From positions 17 through 64,016 of the forward strand of contig CAZJPW010000002.1 in NCBI GenBank assembly GCA_964548405.1: 64,000 nucleotides of DNA. Direction: 5' to 3'. Position 1 is the first letter of the stretch. Each line of letters starts with the position of its first letter. The DNA is from an uncultured Candidatus Saccharibacteria bacterium (GTDB lineage Bacteria > Patescibacteriota > Minisyncoccia > Portnoybacterales > UBA2143). The notes under the pieces are model-generated. The model did no database searches, was not told the origin of the DNA, and saw nothing but the letters and a program-made list of their open reading frames with translations. Made by a program: the position numbers and the translations under genes. This document shows, piece after piece, positions 48,446 to 58,340 of this stretch.

Positions 48446-48492
48446 TTTTGTATATTACTGATATACTAAACAAAAGTTCCAGTTTAGTCAAG

Positions 48493-50388
48493 CTATATCT
48501 CAATATTTATCCTAATCTTATTCTCTTGTTTTGGCATCTTATTAACCCAGAATGGCCAAAAACTTACCCTGGCTTTCTCGATCTCTGATTGGTTAGCTAA
48601 ATACCTCCTTACTTCCACTTCATCCTGACCAGCCAAATTTTCCTTTAAAGATTGTATATCTATTTTAAAAGCAACATTCTCTTCAATAGTTAAAGAAAAA
48701 GAAGCTTCGCCTTTTTCCCAGTCTATTACTGGAGTCTGCCAACTAATCTTTTGTGTTTCATTAATCGGAGTCTTATCATCAGAAATTTTTGAAATTAGAT
48801 TTAAATCAACTAAATTTTTCAGATCTTCTTCTTTGAAAAGCAAAGCCTTCATAGTTACCTTTATATCCATATTAAATTTATCCGCCTGATCACCTTCTTT
48901 AACACTGATTTCTATCTTAACTACTTCTTCTTTTAATCCATCTTCGACTATCCTTAAATCAGTAGGAATCTGATCTTCCAAGGCCTGTTTGACTTCCTGC
49001 TTCAACTCATCAATTAAAGCAGTTTCTGCCTTTTCTAAATCATCAGACAAAACAACCTTAGCTTTACCAACAAAGCCGCCACTCATTGAATCATTAGTCT
49101 TGCCGTAAAAACCGGCAAACTTAGGTGAACCCTTAAATCCGGGTATAGTGAAATTGTCTGGATCAATATTGTAATCTTCGCCCGGCTGATCAGCCACTAT
49201 CTCTATTTCTAAACTACTAGCAATAATCTTACCTTCAGATATTTTAGCTCCCGGCACAGTCACACTCTGAGGTATCCTAAATATCTTACCATTAGAAGAT
49301 TCAAAGCGCGTTCTGGCTAACAAAGTCTGTTTTTCAGAACTATATTCATTATAAATGGTAATCTTACCCCGGGCTCTTTGATTAATATCTTCTTCACCAG
49401 TAGTATTAAATTCTCTACTCTTTGTCTTAGTTACCTCAACTTCTTGAAGAGGAATTTCATTTAAGGATTCATCGATCTGAGAAACATCTTCAGAACCAAT
49501 CACCGATAGATCAAAGTTAACTACCTCAGTTTTGGGCGTAAGAGTAACTTCGGCATTAGGCAAAACCAAGTACCCCACCAAACCTGCCATAACTATGGCT
49601 ACAACGATAAAAATAGTGAATAGCTTAGACCATTTTAGACTACCCTTCTTTTCTGTTTCCGTAAAAACCCTTGTTTCTGGTATTTTTTCCACTTGGACTG
49701 GCCGAAGAGGCTGAACTGGAACTGGTTTTGGCTGCTGATCCGGAATACTCTTAACTGGAGATCGACGGAAAAATCCAGGTTTTTCCTCGCCTGGACGCGT
49801 AACTATGTCAGCCATTCTTTTTTGATTTTGAGTTGATGTTTTCTTAACTTCAGACACTATCCCAGAAACAGGCTTTTTCCTCCAAGAAGTCAACACAGCA
49901 AAAGGACTTTTAGTTTTGGCAGCCTTTTTTTCCACTAATTCATCAACTAAAAGATCTATCATATTTTCCTTGGATTGAACTGGCTCTATCTTTTCTTCAG
50001 AATTTTCATCTACTTCTACAGGATCCTTTACTGGTTCGTCTGGTTGAAGCTCCGGTGAAGCGGATTGGTTTTCTTCTATCTCTTCCTGTTCTTCAACTAT
50101 TTCATCTTGGACTGTATCCTGGACTAATTCCACTGGCAAATCTCTTTCTTTTCGAACGGCAAAGCCTATTCTCTCAGCCATTTCAGCGCCCAAGTCATCT
50201 GAAACAATAAGGGTAACTGCCTTATTCAAAATATCTGCTTCGCGCTTAAGCAGCTTTAGATTAATCGAACTTTGCCAAATCTGAGCACCGGAAGGCACCA
50301 CCAAATTAATTTCTTCATCTTCCGATTGAATAAGACGATCAACTACAGAAATAATTTCCTCATTTGGTTCTAAGTATATATTTTTCAT
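48493..50388 (-). CDS. Hypothetical bitopic membrane protein (631 aa) downstream of the ftsA-like gene
   Basis: Acidic N-terminal cytoplasmic region, a Pro-rich linker (KPVPVQPLRPVQ), one TM helix (LFTIFIVVAIVMAGLVGYLVL) and a roughly 350-aa extracytoplasmic domain. No recognised motif. Confidence 0.5.
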   Translation of the reverse strand: MKNIYLEPNEEIISVVDRLIQSEDEEINLVVPSGAQIWQSSINLKLLKREADILNKAVTLIVSDDLGAEMAERIGFAVRKERDLPVELVQDTVQDEIVEEQEEIEENQSASPELQPDEPVKDPVEVDENSEEKIEPVQSKENMIDLLVDELVEKKAAKTKSPFAVLTSWRKKPVSGIVSEVKKTSTQNQKRMADIVTRPGEEKPGFFRRSPVKSIPDQQPKPVPVQPLRPVQVEKIPETRVFTETEKKGSLKWSKLFTIFIVVAIVMAGLVGYLVLPNAEVTLTPKTEVVNFDLSVIGSEDVSQIDESLNEIPLQEVEVTKTKSREFNTTGEEDINQRARGKITIYNEYSSEKQTLLARTRFESSNGKIFRIPQSVTVPGAKISEGKIIASSLEIEIVADQPGEDYNIDPDNFTIPGFKGSPKFAGFYGKTNDSMSGGFVGKAKVVLSDDLEKAETALIDELKQEVKQALEDQIPTDLRIVEDGLKEEVVKIEISVKEGDQADKFNMDIKVTMKALLFKEEDLKNLVDLNLISKISDDKTPINETQKISWQTPVIDWEKGEASFSLTIEENVAFKIDIQSLKENLAGQDEVEVRRYLANQSEIEKARVSFWPFWVNKMPKQENKIRINIEI

Positions 50389-50392
50389 AAAA

Positions 50393-51673
50393 TTACCTCA
50401 TTATTTTCAATACCCGTCTTAAGACAGGCGGCAAAACTTTATCTTCATCAGTCATTATTTCCAAAGCTAGACTAGCTAGAGCCATAGGAGTAATGTATTC
50501 AGGCCCTTCTAGGCTATTAGTCTTGTCAATAATATTATTAATATCCTTAGCTTGGATAAAATCGATTTGGGGCGGTTGGCTAAAAGGAAACTTTTCCAGC
50601 CAACGGTTTTGAACCTTTTCTCTTTTTAAAATATTTTTAATTCCAGGAAGCAAACTACCACCTCCGCATAGCAATACTACCGGAGGAAAATACTCTGCCT
50701 GGTCAAACTCTTCCAAGACCAATTCTATTCCACTCAGCCAAAGCCTTAAATCATTTTTTAAAGCATCTCTAATCCTCCATTGAACACTCTGACTTAATGA
50801 ATTCTGACTATGTCTCATCTTTATCTTTTCAGCTTCAGACAAATCGAGATTAAGCATCTTGCCCAGCCGTTTAGTAAAAGTCTGTCCGGCTAAAGCAAAA
50901 CTTTTAATGCCTTCTACTCTGTTCTGACGAACTAAAGCAATATCAGTTGTACCTCCGCCCATATCTATAAAGATTGCACCAGCTGTAGGATTAAAACAGG
51001 ATGTCTTAGTTAAAGCATATGGTTCAGCCGCAATAGAAAGTAAATCCAAATCCAATTTAGCAGCAATATTTTCCACAGCTCGCAAATGAACTAAGGGCGC
51101 ATAAACATTAAAAATGCCTAAAAAAATCTCTTTGCCCTGGAATCCTAAAGGATTAGTCACCTGATAACCATCAATTCGGATATCGGTTAATAAGGCGTTA
51201 ATTGGTTTAATTTCAATTTCTGGACAACAGGTTTCGTGGCCTAATTGGCGCCGGGTCCGATCAAAAGCTTTCCATTGAACTCTCTGGATTACATTCTGCA
51301 GTTCAGCTGAATCAATTGGCTCTTCAGGATTATCCCTTGGACAGACAAAATTAGTAGTTACTCCTTTAATGAATTCCCCGGCAATGCCTATAATCGCTTT
51401 TTTGGGCTTAACCCGAGCCATCTGATTAGCCTGTTCAATTGCTTTCCGGCAAGTTAGAGTTACTCCATCAATGTCAGCTACAGCCCCAGCCAGCATACTA
51501 CCAGACAACTGCCTTTGACGCCCAAATCCAATAACAGCCCCCTGATCTTTAATCTCTCCTCGTTCAGATATTCCCCTTTCCAGCCTAAAAATCAAAGCTT
51601 TAACAAACTCTGTTCCTATATCAATAACTAACAAATATTTTTTGGGCTTTGTCTTTCTAGAAAACAACCGCAT
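50393..51673 (-). CDS. ftsA: FtsA-like actin-family ATPase (FtsA/PilM family)
   Basis: LLVIDIGTEFVKALIF phosphate-1, DMGGGTTDIAL phosphate-2 and a C-terminal amphipathic tail. Confidence 0.7.
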   Translation of the reverse strand: MRLFSRKTKPKKYLLVIDIGTEFVKALIFRLERGISERGEIKDQGAVIGFGRQRQLSGSMLAGAVADIDGVTLTCRKAIEQANQMARVKPKKAIIGIAGEFIKGVTTNFVCPRDNPEEPIDSAELQNVIQRVQWKAFDRTRRQLGHETCCPEIEIKPINALLTDIRIDGYQVTNPLGFQGKEIFLGIFNVYAPLVHLRAVENIAAKLDLDLLSIAAEPYALTKTSCFNPTAGAIFIDMGGGTTDIALVRQNRVEGIKSFALAGQTFTKRLGKMLNLDLSEAEKIKMRHSQNSLSQSVQWRIRDALKNDLRLWLSGIELVLEEFDQAEYFPPVVLLCGGGSLLPGIKNILKREKVQNRWLEKFPFSQPPQIDFIQAKDINNIIDKTNSLEGPEYITPMALASLALEIMTDEDKVLPPVLRRVLKIMR

Positions 51674-51700
51674 TACCTATATTCTACACCAAAACTTATC

Positions 51701-53548
51701 TTATTCCAATACTGCTTTGATTCTTCTAACTCCAGCCGAGCTGGATTGCTCCTTGGTAATCTTAAAATGACCCAATTGGCCAGTTCGTTCAACATGAGGA
51801 CCAGCACAAATCTCTTTTGAAAAATCTTCTATAGTATATATTTTTACTTTTTCTCCATACTTTGATTCAAAAGTTCCCATAGCGCCTTGTTCTTTAGCTT
51901 GATCTAAAGTCATTTCATCACAAGAAACAGTTAAATCTTTTTCAATTGCATCATTTACTAATTTTTCTACTTCTTGCTTTTGTTCGTCTGTTAGTTTTTC
52001 TGAATGAGAAAAATCAAATCTCAATCTCTGAGCTGTAATATTACTGCCTCTTTGAATGACTTGATCGCCTAAAACTTTTCTTAAAGCAGCCAGTAATAAA
52101 TGAGCGGCCGTATGAAGTTTTTTAGTTTCCTCTCCAGTATCAGCCAATCCACTCTTGAATTTGCCTTGAGTAGCAGTTCTAGAAAGATCCTGGTGTTTTT
52201 TGAGTTCTTCTTGAAATCCTTCTTCATCAACTTTTATTCCATTTTCTTCGGCTAATTCTTTAGTCATCTCAATGGGAAAACCATAGGTCTGGTATAAATC
52301 AAAGGCTTCCTTGCCGCTAATTATAGGACCAAATACTGGAGTTTTTGCACCTGGAGAACTTTGTGGTATTATTAACTTATTTTGGATAATTCTTTCCCCT
52401 TTTTTCAAGGTCTTCTTAAACTTAGCTTCTTCCTGATCAAAATTATCCAAGACAAAATCCCGATTCCTTTCTAATTCATTATATACATCTTTAAAATCAT
52501 TAATTACAACTTGAGCTACTTGTTTAGTCCATAAATCATCTTTGATTTCTAATTGCCGCCCGTATCTAATAGCCCTCCTAATTAATCTGCGAACCACATA
52601 CCCCTGATCAAGATTAGAAGGAGCTATTCCCTTATCATCACTCATAATAAAAGTAGCAGCCTTAATATGGTCAGCGATAATTCGAAAAACCTTTCTAGTA
52701 TCAACCCAACATTGTTTTCCTTCCTCTATATATTCACTATCAAATTTATCTCCATACTCTAAGTTAGACAATTCTTCAATTTTTTTAATAATATTTATAA
52801 ATAATTCTGTTCTATAATCATCATATGTTTTATTCATAACAGCCAAAACTCTTTCTAAACCAACTCCCGTATCAACATTCTTCTGACTTAACGGTTCAAA
52901 AGTTCCATCTGTCTTCTTATTATACTCCATAAAAACGTTATTCCAGATTTCCATCCAACGATCATCTTCTGGATCAAACTTCTCTGGAGCTGGAGTATCA
53001 TCCTTAGTCCAATAAAATATTTCGGTATCTGGACCACAAGGTCCTGTTTGTCCGGCTGGTCCCCACCAATTCTCTACTTTAGGCAATGGGACAATTTTCT
53101 TATCTGGGACGCCAACACTCTTCCAAACATCAATTGATTCCTGATCTAAAGGTGCATCTTGATCCCCCTCAAAAACAGAAACAGCAACTCTCTGCTTATC
53201 TAAACCAAGCCATTCTGAAGAGGTTAAAAATTCCCAGCTCCATTCGATTACTTGTTTTTTAAAGTAATCGCCTAAAGACCAATTCCCTAATTGTTCAAAA
53301 AAAGTATGATGAGTCGTATCACCCACTTCATTAATATCTACAGTCCGAATACATTTCTGAATATCGACTAGACGATTTCCTTGAGGATGTTTTTCACCCA
53401 TTAAATACGGCACCAAGGGATGCATGCCAGCAGAAATAAACAAAGTGGTTGGATCATTTTCAGGAATCAAAGAAGCGCTGGGAATAACAGCGTGGTCTTT
53501 AGACTTAAAAAAATCTAAATATTTTTGTCGTAGTTCTTTTGATGTCAT
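51701..53548 (-). CDS. alaS: Alanyl-tRNA synthetase, short form (catalytic plus editing domains, no C-Ala domain)
   Basis: Class II AlaRS N-terminal blocks (FISAGMHP, FFEQLGNWSLGDYFK) and editing-domain HxxxH (HTAAHLL) plus a C-terminal Cys/His site. 615 aa. Confidence 0.85.
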   Translation of the reverse strand: MTSKELRQKYLDFFKSKDHAVIPSASLIPENDPTTLFISAGMHPLVPYLMGEKHPQGNRLVDIQKCIRTVDINEVGDTTHHTFFEQLGNWSLGDYFKKQVIEWSWEFLTSSEWLGLDKQRVAVSVFEGDQDAPLDQESIDVWKSVGVPDKKIVPLPKVENWWGPAGQTGPCGPDTEIFYWTKDDTPAPEKFDPEDDRWMEIWNNVFMEYNKKTDGTFEPLSQKNVDTGVGLERVLAVMNKTYDDYRTELFINIIKKIEELSNLEYGDKFDSEYIEEGKQCWVDTRKVFRIIADHIKAATFIMSDDKGIAPSNLDQGYVVRRLIRRAIRYGRQLEIKDDLWTKQVAQVVINDFKDVYNELERNRDFVLDNFDQEEAKFKKTLKKGERIIQNKLIIPQSSPGAKTPVFGPIISGKEAFDLYQTYGFPIEMTKELAEENGIKVDEEGFQEELKKHQDLSRTATQGKFKSGLADTGEETKKLHTAAHLLLAALRKVLGDQVIQRGSNITAQRLRFDFSHSEKLTDEQKQEVEKLVNDAIEKDLTVSCDEMTLDQAKEQGAMGTFESKYGEKVKIYTIEDFSKEICAGPHVERTGQLGHFKITKEQSSSAGVRRIKAVLE

Positions 53549-53549
53549 A

Positions 53550-55256
53550 TTACTCTACTTCCTTGTTATAGCACTTCTGACAGTATACTATTTCTTTTCG
53601 CTCTGGGGAATAGGTTGTTTGGAATTTAACATTACATCCTTTGTTCATACACTGCCTTTGCCACAACCTCAAAGGATTTCTAAATCTAGACCTTTCTTTT
53701 CTTCTGCAATACATACAAGTTCTAGGCAAGGGTAAATTATGTTTTTTGTAAAAATCTAATTCTCTGGACACAATTTGAAAAACACCTGAACCGTCACAAT
53801 CACTCCCATTCTGACATCTAATTACTTGTTTTAAAATACTTTTATCTACATCATTAATATGATCTGGTAGTTTTTCTGATTTAATTGTTGCTTTGTATTC
53901 TGGCTTAGGCCGATCATACCAAGTATATCCTTTAGCTAAAGCCTGTTTTTTAGTCAAAGGAAAATATACCTGAGCTGGCGTATCATGATAACTAAAGCGG
54001 GACATTTCAAGAGGGAAAAAATCTCCATACTGATAAACTCTTTTCTTTTTATCAATGTATGGCATATCGTTCATTTGCTGCTTAATCTTCTTAATCATTT
54101 CTTTGTATTCTTGTTTGGAATATTGTTTATTAAAAATACAGTATTCTTTATGACGCAAACCAATACAGCCAAATATGTCATGGCAGTTATAGCATTCTAT
54201 GGAATAGGCAGTATCATAGCAATTATCTAAATTGCCTGAACAAACAAGATTACGACAACTAGTAGTAAAATCCGCTTCGTAAAGCAATTCTGATTTTGTT
54301 CCTCCAGCATTAACATCATAACTATCTTTAATATTCAACCCAGACATATGGATAAATTTACAATCTTCTGCTCCTTGATAAACACCAAAACATCTATAGC
54401 AGTTTTTACTTCCGTTAACATAGTCTCCAATAATACCAACTGATTTAATTATCTTAGCCCAAGGTTTGGGAAATTTTAAATTAAATCTCTCAAACTTCCT
54501 TATTAACTTCTGTACTGTCTCATAGCTTCCCAAATCATATTTCTTGATTTCCTTTAAATATTCTGCTTTGGAATATGCTTCGTTAAAGATGTGATACTTC
54601 TTGTTTCCCAAATTAACGCAGCCGAAACAGCTTTGGCAGTTACGGCAATCGTACAAAAAAGACGAATCCATACAATTATTACAAAAAGCGCTGAAAAACA
54701 AACGATAGGAATTATCACAATCAAAACACTCATAGATCCGTTCTCCTCCAATAATCATAGTTGAATCCATGGAATCTTTAGTCATGCCAGGACCATGAAG
54801 ATACAAACAGCTTTCTGAAGCAATTCCACCATGAGACATATAGCAGTTTTTGCTTTGAATTAAGTTAGTACAATACTCACAATCAACCGAATTAATCAAT
54901 CTTAAGTTATGCCAAGGAACTTGCTTCATTAACCGATTAAACTGTTCAAAGAATGTTTTCTTAAAATCATACTCCTTTCCATAATCCATTGGATCCCACT
55001 TATCTGACCACCAGATCTTTTGATCATAAACCTTGTATGATGTTTTAGGGTTATAGCCGCTGATCAATTCCTTGCCAGTAAAATCACATTTATCTTTGTA
55101 TAATCTATCAATACTCCTAACAGCCAATCTTCTAATTAAACGACACTCCGGACACCAGGTTGGTTCTGGTACATCTATCTTTTTATAAAATTCAAAATCT
55201 TCTGGTTCTATCACAAACTTAGATTTACAATTTTGGCAAGTTTCAGTTTTTTTCAT
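53550..55256 (-). CDS. Cysteine-rich bookend zinc-ribbon paralogue 1 (568 aa)
   Basis: N-terminal CQNCKSKFVIEPEDFEFYKKIDVPEPTWCPECR and a homologous C-terminal module. Internal CxxCxxCxxC and duplicated LFGC..KKYxIFNKxYSKxEY units. The member of the tandem family nearest alaS. Confidence 0.6.
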   Translation of the reverse strand: MKKTETCQNCKSKFVIEPEDFEFYKKIDVPEPTWCPECRLIRRLAVRSIDRLYKDKCDFTGKELISGYNPKTSYKVYDQKIWWSDKWDPMDYGKEYDFKKTFFEQFNRLMKQVPWHNLRLINSVDCEYCTNLIQSKNCYMSHGGIASESCLYLHGPGMTKDSMDSTMIIGGERIYECFDCDNSYRLFFSAFCNNCMDSSFLYDCRNCQSCFGCVNLGNKKYHIFNEAYSKAEYLKEIKKYDLGSYETVQKLIRKFERFNLKFPKPWAKIIKSVGIIGDYVNGSKNCYRCFGVYQGAEDCKFIHMSGLNIKDSYDVNAGGTKSELLYEADFTTSCRNLVCSGNLDNCYDTAYSIECYNCHDIFGCIGLRHKEYCIFNKQYSKQEYKEMIKKIKQQMNDMPYIDKKKRVYQYGDFFPLEMSRFSYHDTPAQVYFPLTKKQALAKGYTWYDRPKPEYKATIKSEKLPDHINDVDKSILKQVIRCQNGSDCDGSGVFQIVSRELDFYKKHNLPLPRTCMYCRRKERSRFRNPLRLWQRQCMNKGCNVKFQTTYSPERKEIVYCQKCYNKEVE

Positions 55257-56602
55257 TTGTTTTTAATAAAGAATTTTGAAATAATACTTCCAATTATTAA
55301 CCCAGCTAAAGTAGAAACCAAAGCATAACCAACAACCAATGGAGTAAATGAACCAGTTACTGAAACTACAATAAAAACGATTAGACCTAAGGCATATCCT
55401 AGAGTCAAAGCAAACCCAGAAATTCTTCTAAAAAGCCAAGTAGTAATTATTCCAACTCCTAAAACAATACCAATTGTTGCCCATAAATACGTTGAGACAA
55501 TGACACTTTTTAATAAATAACTGGCAATGGCAGCTAAAACAATAATCACGGCCATAGTAATCCTAAAATATTTAACGGTCTGCTCTTTACTAACCTTCTT
55601 ATTCCTTAAAACAAAATCCTGCAGAAAAACTGAGCTGCTTGTAAAAATATATGTATCGGTTGATGACATTACTGCCGAGAACATTAAAACTCCACCAATG
55701 CCTAAAAAGTAAACTGGTAATAGATGAATTAATCCTTTGATAAAAGCTATTTCAGGATCTGCCTCAGGCATATGTGTTTTAATGACTAAACCAATCAGAA
55801 TCATAATAAAAATCATCAAAGGATAAATTGTCATTGACATTAAGAATCCCCTCTTTAAAGTCTTCTTATTCTTTGTCGCATATATTCTCTGAAACATGGC
55901 TGGCTGGAAAAACGGAGTCAAAACCCCAAGAATGATAAACATAGGAATATTCCCTAATCCAGATGACCAAGGATCTAAATATTCCCTATCAACTTTCCAA
56001 ATACTAGTCAAACTAAACAACATTATTAACAACAAAACTAGAATAACAATATATTGAAAAAAATCTGTTTTTACAACTGCTTTAAAACCTCCTGCAATCA
56101 GATAAATAAAAACAACAGAAGTAATTAAAACAAGAGAAACATTAAAACTAAATCCCGTTATTTCAAACAAAGCTTTTGAACCAGCTGTTAATTGGACAAT
56201 TATTGAAAATGTTAATTTGAGCAAGGCTAATGTAGCAGCTAAATACCCCGCTGTCTTGCCATAATTTTTAAAAACATAGTCAGCCAAGGTATAGTATTGA
56301 TTTTTATCTGCTTCATCTTTCAAACGATTTTTAGCAAAAAGATAAAAAACCCAAAAACCAGCCACTGCTCCTAATAAATACCAAATAGCACCCATATCAT
56401 ACAAATATACAAAAGTAACCAAAACAAGCAAAAAACCACCATCCGCCTTACTAGCAGCAATAGTGGCAAAAGTAGACAAGGAACTAACTTTCCTATCACC
56501 CAAAAGAAAACCTTCAGCTGTTTGTTTACGTGAAGCCCAAAGGCCAATAACTATTGAAATAGCGAAGTAGGCTGAGATTAAAACTATTCCTAATGTTCCC
56601 AT
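55253..56602 (-). CDS. Polytopic (about 13-14 TM) transporter, sodium:solute-symporter-like
   Basis: Hydrophobicity pattern and loose SSF-like N-terminal region (GFLLGDRKVSSLSTFATIAASKADGG). Embedded between paralogues 1 and 2 with 4-nt overlaps. Confidence 0.5.
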   Translation of the reverse strand: MGTLGIVLISAYFAISIVIGLWASRKQTAEGFLLGDRKVSSLSTFATIAASKADGGFLLVLVTFVYLYDMGAIWYLLGAVAGFWVFYLFAKNRLKDEADKNQYYTLADYVFKNYGKTAGYLAATLALLKLTFSIIVQLTAGSKALFEITGFSFNVSLVLITSVVFIYLIAGGFKAVVKTDFFQYIVILVLLLIMLFSLTSIWKVDREYLDPWSSGLGNIPMFIILGVLTPFFQPAMFQRIYATKNKKTLKRGFLMSMTIYPLMIFIMILIGLVIKTHMPEADPEIAFIKGLIHLLPVYFLGIGGVLMFSAVMSSTDTYIFTSSSVFLQDFVLRNKKVSKEQTVKYFRITMAVIIVLAAIASYLLKSVIVSTYLWATIGIVLGVGIITTWLFRRISGFALTLGYALGLIVFIVVSVTGSFTPLVVGYALVSTLAGLIIGSIISKFFIKNK

Positions 56603-56606
56603 AAAT

Positions 56607-58340
56607 TTATTCTACTTCTTTATTATAACATTTTTCACAATAAACTACTTCTTTCCTATCTAGGGAATAGGTTGTTTGGAATTTGGTATTGCAACCTTTT
56701 TTCATACATTGACGTTCCCAAAGTTTAATCGTACTTCTTTGTTGAATCCTTTCCTGATGTCTACATTCTGGACACAGACGAGGCAAAGCTAAACCATATT
56801 TTTGATAAAACTTAAGCTCGTTAGGAATAATTTTAAAAACACCCGAACCAGCACAATCAGAATTCTGGCATTCAATTGTTTCTTTTAAAATACTTACATC
56901 TATATCTTTGATATAATCTGATAAATCTTTAGATTTAATAGTTGTCTCGTAATTTGACTTTTCTTCTCTATACCAATTATATCCTTGTTTTGAAGCCTGT
57001 TCCTTATTTAAAGGAAAATATCTTTGAACTATAGATTCGTTGTATCCAAAACGAGAAAGTTCAATCGGAAAATATTCTCCATACTTATATTCTCTTCCCT
57101 TTTTATCAAGATACGGCATTTGATCCATCTGCTTCTTAATCTTTCCCACTATTTCAAAATACTCCTCTTTTGAGTATTGCTTATTTAAAATACAATATTT
57201 CTTTTTTCTCAAAGAAACACAGCCAAACAAATCTGAAGAACCATGACAGCCTTCTGAATAAAATACATCTCTGCTTGTCCAAACAGCATTGTCAAAAAAC
57301 ATTCGATCGCATCTTTCAACAACACAAACTGATTCATAGGCTCGAGTCACAAAATACCCTGTATCATAGACATCATAAGAATCTTTAAGTCCCCAGCCAG
57401 TAATTAATACATATTTAGAATCTTCTGTCCCTTTATCTCCATTGAAGCAATATTGACAGTTTTTGGAATTAGCCATATCATCGCCAACCACATTAACTGC
57501 TTTTTCGATTCTGGCAAATTTGCGTGGAAATTTAATATGGAAATCCTTAAATCTTTTTTCAACATCCAAAATCGTCTTATGACTACCTAAATCATACTTT
57601 TCCATTTCCTTTTCATATTCTGTCTTGGAATATGCTTTGTTGAATATGTGATACTTTTTGTTTCTCAAATTAACACAACCAAAACAATCGTGGCAATTAC
57701 GACAATTATACAAAAAAGCTGAATTATGACATTCTAGGCAATCCCAACTAAAAAAGAGTTTATAGCATTTTGAACAACCAACACAAAAATAGCAAAGTTC
57801 ATCATTGACTGCCTTATACATATCCATACAATCCTTGTTTTCTCCAGACCAAGTTGTATAGGAACAATTTTCTGACATTCCGCCCAAGAATACTAAATAG
57901 CAGTCTTTGGTCTGAGTCATATCATGACAATAATCGCTATTCTCCGAATTAGTATTTAAAAGATTAACTACTGGCGTATCTTTCTGTAATTGATAAAACT
58001 GCTCAAAAAATGATTTGTTAGAATCATATTCTCTTCCATATTCCATAGGGTCCCAATTATCTGACCACCAGCATTTATTACAATAAACCTTAAATGGCTT
58101 ATCCGGAGAGTAAATCGTGACCATAGATTTACTACATAGATCACATTTTCTTTTGTATAGCTTTCTTTCATTCCAAGAAGCTAATCTTCGCTGCATGCGG
58201 CATTGAGGACAAAAGGTAGGCTCCGGCACATCTATCTTTTTATAGAATTTCTTATCTTCTGATTCAATATTAAATTCAATTTTACAGTTTTGACAGATTT
58301 TTGTTTTAAAATCCATTATTCTATCTCCTTTTGATAACAC
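56607..58340 (-). CDS. Cysteine-rich bookend zinc-ribbon paralogue 2 (577 aa)
   Basis: Same architecture and conserved termini as paralogue 1. The central region diverges. Confidence 0.6.
   Translation of the reverse strand: MLSKGDRIMDFKTKICQNCKIEFNIESEDKKFYKKIDVPEPTFCPQCRMQRRLASWNERKLYKRKCDLCSKSMVTIYSPDKPFKVYCNKCWWSDNWDPMEYGREYDSNKSFFEQFYQLQKDTPVVNLLNTNSENSDYCHDMTQTKDCYLVFLGGMSENCSYTTWSGENKDCMDMYKAVNDELCYFCVGCSKCYKLFFSWDCLECHNSAFLYNCRNCHDCFGCVNLRNKKYHIFNKAYSKTEYEKEMEKYDLGSHKTILDVEKRFKDFHIKFPRKFARIEKAVNVVGDDMANSKNCQYCFNGDKGTEDSKYVLITGWGLKDSYDVYDTGYFVTRAYESVCVVERCDRMFFDNAVWTSRDVFYSEGCHGSSDLFGCVSLRKKKYCILNKQYSKEEYFEIVGKIKKQMDQMPYLDKKGREYKYGEYFPIELSRFGYNESIVQRYFPLNKEQASKQGYNWYREEKSNYETTIKSKDLSDYIKDIDVSILKETIECQNSDCAGSGVFKIIPNELKFYQKYGLALPRLCPECRHQERIQQRSTIKLWERQCMKKGCNTKFQTTYSLDRKEVVYCEKCYNKEVE

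Noticed and set aside
1487-58171. Many 60-120-aa track ORFs on the strand opposite to, or in alternate frames of, well-supported genes (e.g. 1487..1699+, 2174..2542+, 6709..6918+, 9303..9551+, 23498..23680-, 24520..24744-, 33467..33691-, 35792..36007-, 54554..54751-, 57968..58171-)
   Set aside because: They lie fully inside longer ORFs with strong homology-style motifs, lack RBSs and have low-complexity or odd composition. They are treated as shadow ORFs.
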